Positions 39,715 to 51,514 of a DNA stretch of 64,000 nucleotides are shown here, piece after piece. The notes beneath the pieces were generated by a model that ran no database searches, was not told the origin of the DNA, and worked only from the letters and a program-made list of their open reading frames with translations. Each line of letters opens with the position of its first letter. The stretch's first letter is position 1. Both the position numbers and the translations under genes were made by a program. Origin of the DNA: Anolis carolinensis (lineage: Eukaryota); contig NC_085845.1 of the NCBI RefSeq assembly GCF_035594765.1, positions 171,942,897 through 172,006,896 on the forward strand. Reading direction: 5' to 3'.

Positions 39715-41689
39715 TATATGTATAAGTCTCCCATGTGTGTCTGCCATATAATCCAGATTCTGAATCCAGGTTATCTGATTTGAACTGGATTATATGGCAG
39801 TGTAGATTCATATAATCCAGTTCACAGCAGATAATCTGGATTGTATGTCGGTGTAGATCCAGCCTGTTACCTCAGGATTGGTAAATGCCAGATTCATGTA
39901 GTTTCTGGTTGCTTGAGAGTTACTCTTAATTGATACTATGCCCCATACTAAATCTGTCTTGATATTAATATTTAAATAGACAAATTAGGGGCAAATTAAG
40001 ACAAACTTAATGTAACACAGGCTTGATGTTTTACTGTTTTATATATACAGCTTTTTATTATTCGAAATATTACCAGTACGTCTTATTTTCTTTTCCCAGC
40101 TGATAAATTCCAGTAAACTGAGAGTCTGCTGTACTGATAAAATGACACCTTTGCTTTCCAGTGGCTCAATGTACACTAATTCTGTTTCATGCACAAAAGT
40201 ATTTAAGAAATTGCACAACATTATATTCAGACTATGCTTCTTAGGTGTACACAGAACATAAATGAACAGTGTGTTTAAACTTGGGACCCATCCCCACTTT
40301 AACGGCCATTGCTCAATGCCATGAAATCATTGGAGTTGTAGTTTTACTAGGTCTTTAGCCTTCTCTTCCAGAGAGCGCTGGTGCCTTCCAAAACTACAGA
40401 TGCCAGAAGTCAATAGCATGGAGCCATGGCAATTAAAGTGGTGTCAAACTGCAGTCACAGTGTAGATGCATCCCAAGATAAGTCATTATTTGTATATATT
40501 CAGATGCAGGTATTCCAATATCTGGTGGGAAATCCTTAAACTTAAACACTTGAATGATCAACGGGACAGATTTTGGAGGAAGCCTGCGGCCATTGAAGGG
40601 TGAGCCTATTATTGGGGAAAGTGAGGCAGCTGCCTCAGGCAGCCAATATGAGGTGTTTTGTAAGGCAGGCAAATTATCATAAGGTATATGCCAAGTTAGT
40701 GTTACTGGTAGGAAAGGGAGAAGTGCTTGTGGGAATTGTTATCTCATATGCCAAAATAATTTGGCAGGCCTGTGGCACCCTAGACTTTGCTACAAGTGGG
40801 GGCATGTGTTGCTCCTCTTTGGGCAGAAAAACGTCTGCTCTGTAGCTATGATTGATATCTTCTGGGAATATAGTCCATCCCTGTCATGTGCTGCCAGTGT
40901 GTTCACCGAACATAACCCCACATTGCAACAATTAACACAGTTCATGAAAATAGAATGTGCTGTTTTAGTAGGGCATTTCCAACTATGCAATTATAATACT
41001 ATGATTCCACTTTAATTGCCATGGCAACATCCTCTAGAATCTTTGCATTAGTAGTTTAGAGAGGGGCACTTAGAATTATCAGCCTGAGAGCTGTAGTTCC
41101 TCATTAAACTGCAATCCCAAGATTCTAAAGGACAATTTAAGTGTCCAGAGAAGGGAGACTGAAATGATCGATAGTTTGAAAGCCAAGCCCTATGAGAAAT
41201 TACGTAGGGACCACAGGTGTTTAGCTAGGAGAAGAGATGGTTGGAGGGGACATGATAGCCATGCTTAAATATTTGGAAGGATGTCACATTGAGGAGGGGG
41301 CAAGTTTGTTTTCTGCTGCTCTGAAGATTAGGACCAAAGTAATAGATTCTAATTGCAATCTTTATATATTGGCAGCCTATATTCTCCTCTCCAGTCCCTA
41401 GATGGCAGACTTTACCAACAAGAGCATAGGCTTTCTATGTGTTAAATGCTGGCATAGGGTACAGAGTTACAGGCCAGGCACTCTCATAGGCAAGGGGTGG
41501 ACAGAGACTTCACTTGCAAGCTGTAGTGGTTTCATTTCCTTTGGTTTCAATCAGATGGGGAATACAATATATATTCAACTCTTGACAGCTATGAAACAGC
41601 TTGAAATTTTTAGCTACTTAAATTAAGGGATACTTCAACCTAGCAAAGCTGGGCATTTCCAGTAAGCACTCAGAAAAGAACTGTCGCGA

Positions 41690-42310
41690 TCTGGCTTCAG
41701 GCTGGGTCATGGAACTGAAACAGTCTTGGTCTCCTTAATGGATGATTTACATAGGGAGCTTGACAGGGGGAGTGTCTCCCTGTTGGTTCTCCTGGACCTC
41801 CCAGCGGCCTTCAATACTGTAGACCATGGTATCCTTCTGGGATCCCTCGTGGGAATGGGGCTTGGGGGCACTGTCCTACTGTGGCTCTGGTCCTTCCTGG
41901 AGGATTGTTGGAAGACACCTCTCGGCCCCGCAGCCATTGTCCTGTGGGGATCCACAGGATTCAGTATTGTCACCCATGTTGTTTAACATCTACACAAAGC
42001 CCCTGGGAGAAAGCAGCCGGAGTTTTGGAGTACAATGCCATTTGTATGCACTTGCAGATGACATTCAACTCTATTACTCCTTTCCACCTGCTGCTAAGGA
42101 GGCATTCAGGTCTTCAACCGGTGCTTGGTAGCTGTGACAGCCTGGATGAGGGTGAACAAATTGAAATTGAATCCAGACAAGGCAGAGGTACTTCTGGTCA
42201 GTTGTAAGGCCGAACATGGTATAGGGTTACAGCCTGTGTTGGATGGGGTCACACTCCCCCTGAAGACAAAGGTTCACAGCTTGGGAGTTCTCCCGGACTC
42301 ATCGCTGAGT
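41690..42310 (+). mobile_element. L2-clade LINE reverse transcriptase fragment (frameshifted)
   Basis: SGFR..HGTETVLV..DDL..LLVLLDLPAAFNTVDHGILL; PQDSVLSPMLFNIY; ADDIQLY; WM..NKLKLNPDK.EVL. Confidence 0.88.
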
Positions 42311-43179
42311 CATTCCGTGGCAGATGGATGACAACCTCTGGATCAGTGCAATGTTAAAATGTTTTATGTTTATGTTTGATGGTTTATAGTTTTTAATGGT
42401 TTAATTTATAGTTATATGTTATTGTTTTAGATGTGTGATATATTGTTTTTATTGTGTGTGAAGCATTAAATTTTTGCCATTTATTTGATGTGAACAACTT
42501 TGAGTCCACCCAGGGGTGAGAACAGAGGTATATAAACGCAATAAATAAACAAACTGATATTTAAGAAGAAAAAGACATAAAGGAAGAAGTGTATTTAAGA
42601 TATTTAAGTACTTGCACCTAACAGACTACAATGCAGGAGTAGCTACATAAGCAAACACATGTGGATTACTGGAAAGTGGAAACTGAAGTGAAAATGCAAA
42701 AAATAAGCATAAAGATTACAAGACAAACAGTGACCTGTGATTGTCTTGGGAATTCAAGTACTGTAATTTATCCAACAGGAATCTGAGCCAGGTAAACGTT
42801 CTAATGTTCCTACTATTTTTTGTGTGTGAACTTGATTTCTATTGTATGTGCTGTAAGTTGTATACTGTATGTGTGCTGTAGTGCTTTACATCTGAAACTA
42901 GGGTTCCATAAGACTAAGGTTTAAAGCCTCACTCAGTCATAGAAACCTAGTAGATAACCTTGGGCAAATCACACTCTGACTAAAAGGAAGGCAATGGCAA
43001 ATCTCCCATGAATAAATCTTGCCAAGAAAACCCTACATCTGAGAGTGTATCCTACACTATAGAATTAATGGAGCCTGACCCCAGTTTAACTTCCATGGCT
43101 CAATGCCATGGAATCCTAGGAATTGTAGTTTAGTAAGGAACCAGCATTATTTGGCAGAGAAAGCTAAAGAATATGTTGC

Positions 43180-43475
43180 CAAAGGTTTTTGTGACCGGAT
43201 CACTGGGTGGCTGTGAGTTTTCCAGGCAGCCAAGCTTTGAAGCTGCAAGACCATTCAATGCTAATCAAGATGGCAAATTGTATCATTCACACTTTCCTCC
43301 AACAGACAAAAGTTCTTTCTCCCACCCTAGACATTCCACAGATATATAAACCTCACTTGCCTAGTTTCCAACAGATCTCGCAACCTCTGAGGATGCCTGC
43401 CATACATGTGGGTCAAATCTCAGGAAAGAATGCTTCTGGAACATGGCCACATAGCTCAGAAAACTCACATCAGCC
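43180..43475 (+). mobile_element. Penelope-like fragment (decayed hammerhead)
   Basis: Same family as the other copies; GAAA has become CAAA. Confidence 0.7.
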
Positions 43476-44730
43476 CAAAGCTAAATAACTTGTACTACTC
43501 CTATGATTCTATAGTATTCAGTCATAGCAGATAAAGTAGTGCCATACTGCATTAATTCCTCAGTGTGGGTGCACTCTGAGTTGACCTGGAGGCACACAAC
43601 CACAAGAACTATGCAGTGGCATGTGAAAAGATGGGTAAGAAGGGGGTCTGCATGCTTGAAGTAACCCTGTGTATTTTGAGGTGTGGTTCCCTCTCACTGA
43701 TGGTATGTTTTTTTCCACTAACAGTTCAGCTATTGAGACAAAATAGTTTCTCCCCTAAGACACACATGCCACTCCTTTATATTGCAATATTACCCTCAAT
43801 AACCCATCTCATTGTTGTTATTCAATATAATAAGAAATAATTTAGAAAGACAGCTTGGGCATGTTGTTCACTGTGCAATACTACTGTGGTTAGATTTGAT
43901 TAAGGCTAGATTTGGCATCTGCTTATAAAATGTCTTGTACATACAGTTCCTCAGATACAAGAGCAGACTGAACCTGCCCCCTGCACAGCAATGCCAATTT
44001 TCATTGACGCCAGGTCTGCTCCTTCAATTACAGCAGTGTGAGACAGAGCCCTTAAGCAAATTGCATTTTCCCACCACTTATTTGTATATCAGGAAAAGCT
44101 GCTTCTGTGGGATGCTCATGTGGTTGGTTGCTGTTAATGCACAACAGTAGAGCTGGTATAAGCCAGCAACCCCTACCCCATGAATTCCTTGGCAGAGTTT
44201 GGAACATCTTGAAAAAAGGCAGGATAAAAAAGTGATTAAAATAAGTAAATAATAAATAACATTAGTTTTTTTAAGTCACATACCAAAATTAGAAAAGCAT
44301 GGGTGGTAGACTCTGGAAACTAGCCCCCAAATGTAGGTTTCTTAGGCATACTGGAATACACTCAAAAACCAGAAGCCCAAAATCCAACAAACAGTTCAAG
44401 TTCTAATTATACACTAATTCTTAGATTTTCAGAGATGATTAAATTGTATCATAGAATGTAGTTCTGCTACAAATAGCCTTCCTTCGGTGGCCGTTTTTGA
44501 AATGGAATTAGAAAAAAAAAAAGACTTCCAATTAATAAGAAAATTAATTGGAAGTTAGCTTTTCAGTAAAATACCTGATTTCCAAATTAGGATAAACAAA
44601 CTTTAAAAGCAGGTGTTTGTAATTCAAACAGGAAGTGTTACCTGGTGTAAGGGTTAGAAAATATCACAAAAAGTGAGGAATATGTGGCCTTGTAGATCTC
44701 TCAATTGGCTATCTATTTCAGGCTTCAATG

Positions 44731-44875
44731 TTAACTCTTCTTTTGGCAAATGGAAAGTAGTACTAAATTTTAATTAAGGCATGGTGTATTTTCTTAATCT
44801 AGACAGGCTTAAGGAAGTACACCGTGCCTTACTTTGCCTTCAGCGCTATTTTCCATTTGCCAAAAGAAGAGTTAA
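44731..44875. repeat. 145-bp foldback palindrome bounded by TTAA
   Basis: Outer 26 bp are perfect reverse complements; inner 23-bp arms differ only by transitions. Confidence 0.85.
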
Positions 44876-45897
44876 TAATTCATTGCTGATCCTCTATCAC
44901 TCTCAATTAATGCAGTTGTGATCTACTTACACAGAATAATCCATCGTGCCTTATCAGAAAATTCTAAATCAGTGGATGATACAACTCTGTCACATCTGCT
45001 AATGTGGCTACATATTTTGCATCCTACAAAATATAATTGGGATATTATATTGTTGTATGGGTTTTATTTCCCAGTGCAAACCTGGTAACATTATTGTTGT
45101 GATTGCTGAGGCTTTTGTCCCACTCTAAGCTTTATTTCTCTTCTTTAGCCCATTTCCCAAATGAACATTCATTTAATAGCAACATGCCCAGGATAGACTT
45201 TGGCTTAATATTGTTGGTGCAAATTACTTCACAGAAATGCTTGTTCAAAGCTGAGGACTAGGTGACCCTTCAGACGTTGTTGAACTCCAGTTCCCATTAG
45301 CCAGACCAGCGTGATGACCCTGGGGTGGTAGTTAATTGACATTAACAGCCTCTCACATATGTGCTAAATAACAGTCAAGTTAATAAAAAAGGCCATTAGA
45401 AACATCTTCTAAACAAACCTTGCCAGGAAAACCCCACCATTGTGATAGGTCTGAGCATCCATAGCTTTTGGTATCCACCAGAGTAGTTAAAAGTCTAAAA
45501 TAGTACAGGGAGAGAGACATGCTATCCATTTAAAGGTAGATTGTATCTAATAATCAGAATAATTAGTACGGTGGGCCCTTAGTATCTGCTGAAATTTGAT
45601 AATAGGATCTCCAGTGAATACCAAAAGCCAAGGATGCTCATCAATGTAACGATTATACTAATTATTATTTTATGAGATACAATCCACTTTTAAATAAAAT
45701 GGGCAGGTCATTTTTAAAAACTTGTTTCAAAATCAGAGGAGGACTTCTGGCCATTTCATTTTTGCCAGTCTATGAAACCACCATAGGGTCTCAAGGAAAA
45801 GGAAATCAAACAGAACGCAGTTGCCAAGTTTGGGTTAAAACTAGGTCAGGTTTCATGAAAGAACTGTCAACATAAGAAGGTTGCACCATTTGTCTGT

Positions 45898-46923
45898 TTA
45901 TCTCATGTTCTTAATAATGCTGGAGATCACTGAAAGGTAGAGTGCAAGGAAGACAGCACAGGTGGCCTTGATCCATTTTACTGCTGAGCTGTTCTGTTGC
46001 ATAGACAAACATTCATTCTTCATTCTGATGTTGTCCTGAAATCTTACATGCAGAGGGATATTGGTGAAGTCCAAGCCATACCTGCCAAGTCCACTGACAA
46101 TGTATTCTGTGGCCACGACAAACTGAAGTGCAGCAAAATTTGAAGGTATGTCTTTGTGAACAGGAATGGCAGGACCCTTAAAACGTCTGCTCAAGGGGAT
46201 GCAGGTATGTGGGAGGATGCAGGTGATGTCCTCTGAAATGCTCTCTTTGCAGGTTGGGCGCCTGTCTGGTGTGCACCGGTAGTCAAAATGTTGGGTCAGT
46301 ACATACTTCACTACTCGCACTGGCAAGCAGAAAGCTTCTCGAGCTCCATCGAGAATTCCTAGAAAGAGTGTAGTAGCTATTTGTTTCATGATTGGTCGTA
46401 ACAAAGTCTGGTAGGCTTCACTGTTCTCTTGAAGAAAAGGATGTGTGGAGTGGTGGAGCCCATGCCATGCAGAGGAAACAGTTGGCAAAGTTCCTCGTTT
46501 CAGGAATGAAAACAGTAACTTGAGAATCCATTTGGCAGCACAATATTGCAAGGCACTCACCAAATTAAAACCAACCTTCCTTACAGCTGCCCAAGAATGC
46601 TGTAGGATATGAACCACTGGATCTAGCATTTCTCTTCTGAGCTTCCTAACAAGAATTAACTGCAAAATACTTGCTATCTTTAGACTGAAGTAGCACAGGA
46701 TGACAATCCTAGTCACATTAACAGTGACCAAACAGGAAACCACCCTGCCTATGGTGAAGAAAAGGTGCAGCATTGGCTTATAGACTTTGACAAAAACAAA
46801 AGATATCAAGAAATAGAATACCATGAGCTGGGTTAGGGGCAGCCTCAGTGCCTGTTCAGCCATGTGCATGATAATTTGCTTTCCAAATGGTTGGTAAACT
46901 GCAAGGCCTTTATTGCCCAGCAT
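45898..46923 (-). CDS. Uncharacterised 341-aa ORF, probable membrane-associated orphan protein
   Basis: 1026-nt open frame in repeat-free sequence; ATG with A at -3; in-frame stop 7 codons upstream; hydrophobic segments near both termini. No family recognised. Confidence 0.6.
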   Translation of the reverse strand: MLGNKGLAVYQPFGKQIIMHMAEQALRLPLTQLMVFYFLISFVFVKVYKPMLHLFFTIGRVVSCLVTVNVTRIVILCYFSLKIASILQLILVRKLRREMLDPVVHILQHSWAAVRKVGFNLVSALQYCAAKWILKLLFSFLKRGTLPTVSSAWHGLHHSTHPFLQENSEAYQTLLRPIMKQIATTLFLGILDGAREAFCLPVRVVKYVLTQHFDYRCTPDRRPTCKESISEDITCILPHTCIPLSRRFKGPAIPVHKDIPSNFAALQFVVATEYIVSGLGRYGLDFTNIPLHVRFQDNIRMKNECLSMQQNSSAVKWIKATCAVFLALYLSVISSIIKNMR

Positions 46924-48885
46924 TTTGTTGATGTAGGACCCTTAGATGTAAAGCCACTAATGTCTTTCCTTCTCTTCCTTTCATGCCCAAGCACCTGGTT
47001 TGGCACCATCCTTATATGACTAGGAAGTGTCACAACAATTGATTGCATCAGAAAGAGGGATAAATATGGTCATCTCCAGGTAGGAAGTCCAGGTTTTGTA
47101 GGACATCAGAAACATCTACACATCAAAAGCCATGATTCAGATCCAGTTATTCCCTTCATTTCCACATAGAGGAATAGAGGTTGTATGAAAGCATGGATAG
47201 TGATAAAGGGAAAGATGTTGTGTAAGAATGAAAGCTACAAGATACCATAACTTCATTTTTTAGTTATTCTGTCTCACTTTAGCATAAAGATGACACTGCT
47301 CATTTGCCCAATTATTGTAAACCAACAGAAGTATGCAGTTTCACAAAGGCTAGAGACGTATCCCTTCTCTGTTTTTCTCTTTTTAAATATTTATTGCGTT
47401 TCTCAACCCCAGACAAAAGGGATGATTCTGTTTTAGATTGTGGGAAAAATCACAGCCATATAATCTTGCTCTTAAGAACTGACACTCCTGACTGTTGAGA
47501 TACTATCTATATCTGCATATCAGATCCTGGTGACTAACAGCAAGAAAAGGCTGCTTTTTTTGTCCTCTTCATGTAAGCATTCCAGGAGCATGTAACTGAC
47601 TTTTAATGGGGACAAGGGAGGAGAGAAGTATCTTCCTGGGAACACTGTTATAACCTGAACACACCAAGTTTGTTTGATTCAAAAAGGTAAGGAAGGGTGC
47701 ATCTGGTTAATATTTGGAAGGAAGATCAAGTAACACTAGGAATCTCCTGGTAGGGCTAGGAAAGAGCCTTACCTAAATGCTACTGAAAGTTAGAACTAAC
47801 AAAATTGGGTTAGATAGACAAATAATCTGACTAAGTACAAAGCAGGTCCCTCAAAATTCTGATCTCAGATACTCACTCTGGGAGAGATGTCAATAAAGGG
47901 GCAGGGCAATATTTTTCTTTCTACTCGCCTCTTTATACTGTGAATAGATTCAGAAAGATAATGTGTTATGACAATTTCCCCTTAAACAACAAAAGCATTA
48001 AAAAACAATAACATTTATTCAGAGTACTTTATTCAACAGCAAAGCCGGAAGGTACAGTGTGTTTGAAAAAGTTTCTAGAGTTTAGAAAATATAAGATGCA
48101 GAGTTTATTTTAAACGTTTCAAAATGTTTATTAAAACATAAGAGTTGCATTTATTGTAGAAAATATGGGGTCTGAACTATATAACTACGTCTAAAAAGAG
48201 TTATTTATAATCTCAAATTCTTCTATGATTAAACAAAGGAAAACTCACAAGCTATATTCTTGCGTTCAAGCTCTCACACAAGACTAGAGAGAGACACGCA
48301 GGATGCATTTTGGGGGGCTTAAAACAAAAAGGGGCATACAACCTGAGAATTATATTCTACATAATCAATGAGATTGAGGACGAAAGAGATAGTGAGAGAA
48401 GACACAGACAACAGGCATTAAGTAATGGGGGGAAGGGATTCCATTAGCCTAACTGGTTTTCTGTCTATTTGTTCCCTCACTGAGGACTGTAGACTTGAAC
48501 ATATGTGGTTTAACTCCCAATACAATGCACATATAGCATGGTATATGAACATTGGACTAAGGGTGCATATACACTGTAGAATTAATGCAGTTTGATACCA
48601 CTTTAACTGCCACGACTCAAAGCTATGAAATTGTAGGTTTACAAGATCTTCAGCCTTCTCAACCAAAGAGTATAGCGCCTTACCAAATAACATGACAACT
48701 CTTTGGCAGAGATAACTAAAGACCTTGTAAAACTACAGTTCCCATGATTCCAGGGCACTGAACTATGGCAGTTAAAATGGTGTCAAACTACATTAATACT
48801 ACAGGGTAGATGCAGATTATGACTCTGGAAAAGTCTGAATACCCTCTCGGTCATTAAAACACAATGGGGTTGGATATACAATGCC

Positions 48886-48940
<55 letters not shown>
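48886..48940. repeat. (AAT)n microsatellite at an L2-like tail
   Basis: Tandem AAT run seen directly. Confidence 0.9.
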
Positions 48941-48942
<2 letters not shown>

Positions 48943-50175
48943 TTTATTTTATACCCTGCCACCATCTTCCCGAAGGGACTCAAAGCATCTTACATGTGGT
49001 ATCAAGCCCAGATCATACAACACAATTTACAGCTAAACACAATTAAAAACATAATAACATATAACAGTCTAATTAAAACAGTTAAAACAGCAGGGTATAA
49101 AAACACCATAAAAGTATATCAAACCAACCTCAACAACCATACAATCCAGTATCTGATCCCACATTATTTGCTTTGAACCGGATTATATGAGAACACTGCC
49201 ATATAATCCAGTTCAAAGCAGATAATCTGGGATCTGTTGTCGAAGGCTTTCATGGCCGGGATCACAGGGTTGTTGTATGTTTTATATGGCAGTGTAGATG
49301 GTGAAGTAATTTCAACCATCTGTCTTACTGAGTTGCCTGCAATAACTCTATTAGACAAATGTTTTCAAATATGTTCATGTATTTCTTAGTGTAAATTGTT
49401 TTTATATGTTATTGTCTTACATATGTATATTGTTTTGTATTGTCTTTTATATAATGTTTTGAGCTACTTTGGGTCCCGTATAGGGAGAAAAGTGGGATAT
49501 AAATGAAGATTTATTATATTATTATATAATGGGGTCTGGGTAACCTTGGGAAAGTCACACAATCCTAAAAAAACATGATAGGTTCCCATTGGGATTACCA
49601 TAAATTGGAAACAATTTGAAGGCACCTACTAACAACAACAAAGCTCATACTTTCCCCCTTCCTAATCATAGGTTTTTGCGAAGAGTATGCCTTAGGCTGA
49701 CTTATGCAATAATTGAACTAGAGGAAAGGCAAGAGACAAAACTGTTTGAAACCAAACCACACCTTGCTTTCATAGGTCTGTCTCTCTCCTCCTCCAGGAA
49801 CTTTGGGAAACAAAGCGAGGGAACTGCTGTTCTGAAAAAGCTGGCAAGTGGGAAGGACATTGAGGCTACAAGAGCAGGTTAAAGAGAGCAGTGGAAGCTC
49901 AACTGTAAAAGGGAACTTTAATGTCCATCTACAAAAGGCAGCAGCAGATACAAATCCAATGCTGCAAGGAGGAGGAAACCTTGGAATATACAGTCCCATG
50001 TATACAACTTGCAAGTAAGCCCCACTAGCCATGTGGGAGGGGATGGAATAACAAAAGAAAGAGAACTCTAGAGATATGTTTACATATCTTATGCATTTTA
50101 AACACTTAAGCAGTGAATCATACAGGTTTAGTATCCTTTATCTAGTACCCCAAATTCCAAAATACTCAAAACTCT

Positions 50176-50860
50176 GGGTTGCTGGGAGTTTTCCTAGCTG
50201 TATGGCCATGTTCCAGAAGCATTCTTTCCTGACCTTTCGACTGCATCTATGGCAGGCATCCTCAGAAGTTGTGAGGTCTGTTGGAAACTAGGCAAGTGGG
50301 GTTTATATATACAGTAGAGTCTCACTTATCCAACATAAACGGGCCGGCAGAACGTTGGATAAGCGAATATGTTGGATAATAAGGAGGGATCAAGGAAAAG
50401 TCTATTAAACATAAAATTAGGTTATGATTTTACAAATTAAGCACCAAAACATGTTATACAAATTTGACAGAAAAAGTAGTTCAATGCGCGGTAATGCTAT
50501 GTAGTAATTACTGTATTTACGAATTTAGCACCAAAATATCATGATGTATTGAAAACATTGACTACAAAAATGTGTTGGATAATCCAGAACGTTGGATAAG
50601 CGAATGTTGGATAAGTGAGATTCTACTGTATGTGGAATGTCCAGGGTAGGAGAAAGAACTCTTGACTGCTTGAGGAAAGTATGAATGTTGCAATTGATCA
50701 CCTTAATTAGCATTGAATAGCCTTACAGCTTCAAGATCTGCCTGCTTACTGCCTGGGGGAATCCTTTGTTGGGAGGTGTCAACGTCAGGAGAGAATGTTT
50801 CTGGAACATGGCCATACAGGAAAACTCACAGCACGCCAGTAATTCCGGCCATGAAAGCCA
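50176..50860. mobile_element. Penelope-like element interrupted by a mariner MITE
   Basis: Minus-strand family sequence resumes collinearly after 50630; short plus-strand piece at 50780-50860. Confidence 0.75.
50312..50628. mobile_element. Tc1/mariner-type MITE (CAGTAGAGTC TIR family)
   Basis: TIRs and TA TSD. Confidence 0.9.
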
Positions 50861-51055
50861 GTTACTCCAAACTCGTTCATTTTTACCCTGATCACACTTC
50901 CGCACTCGACACTGCGCTTTTTAAATGAAAATGGACCTCCAGTCCATCCGTAGCTTGTAAAAAAACCACAACCAAAACAACGTTGCCTTCATGTTATCGC
51001 GAGGTTTCGTCCGCTATTACACCATGCTCGTTTCCAAGGTCGAAGGGCTTGAAAG

Positions 51056-51158
51056 CCGCATGCGCAAAAGCCTTCCCTGTCTACGACATCCGGCAGCGAG
51101 ACGATAAATAGCGCATGCGCGGAGCTTTACTTCCCTTCTGTGTCGGCTCGGTGACAAG
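51056..51158 (+). promoter_or_regulatory. RPL3: RPL3 promoter and 5'TOP leader
   Basis: Two NRF1-type motifs (CCGCATGCGC 51056-51065; GCGCATGCGC 51111-51120), TATA-like ATAAATA 51104-51110, pyrimidine tract CTTCCCTTCT from 51130, and YY1-like CAAGATGG over the ATG. Confidence 0.85.
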
Positions 51159-51161
51159 ATG
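51159..51161 (+). CDS. RPL3: Ribosomal protein L3 (uL3) exon 1 (ATG only)
   Basis: ATG immediately followed by GTAGGT donor; exon 2 starts with Ser2 in phase 0. Confidence 0.9.
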
Positions 51162-51514
51162 GTAGGTCTGAGGGGGAAATGTTTTTGGAATCCGTTGCCA
51201 TCAGTTTTGTGGCTGGGCTTTTCCCCGCCGAACCTCGGGTTTTCCAGAAGTAGGGTTTTCACTTTGTTCGCCCCGATCATTATTTGGAGTTTTTCTCTGC
51301 AACAGTCGATGGGAGAGGCGTAGGGCCTACTCGGTTCCCGGTCTATTGAATGGGAGGCTTGGCCTAGTGAAAGGGATTCAATTGCTCGCTTCCTAAGACA
51401 CACAAAGGGGAGTTTTGGATTGCCCGAGTAGAGGACGGCAGGGTGGAACATTCTATCACGCCTGTTTTAAAATAATATGTAAGATAATTTGGGAAAATAA
51501 TGCAGTATTTGTGG

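Noticed and set aside
41013-41029. Near-perfect RFX motif TTGCCATGGCAAC
   Set aside because: Lies within a dispersed MITE-like repeat also seen near 9900, 13980 and 43090, so it is not evidence of a specific regulatory site.
51017-51451. 144-aa minus-strand ORF over the RPL3 promoter
   Set aside because: GC-rich promoter sequence with no recognisable protein features.
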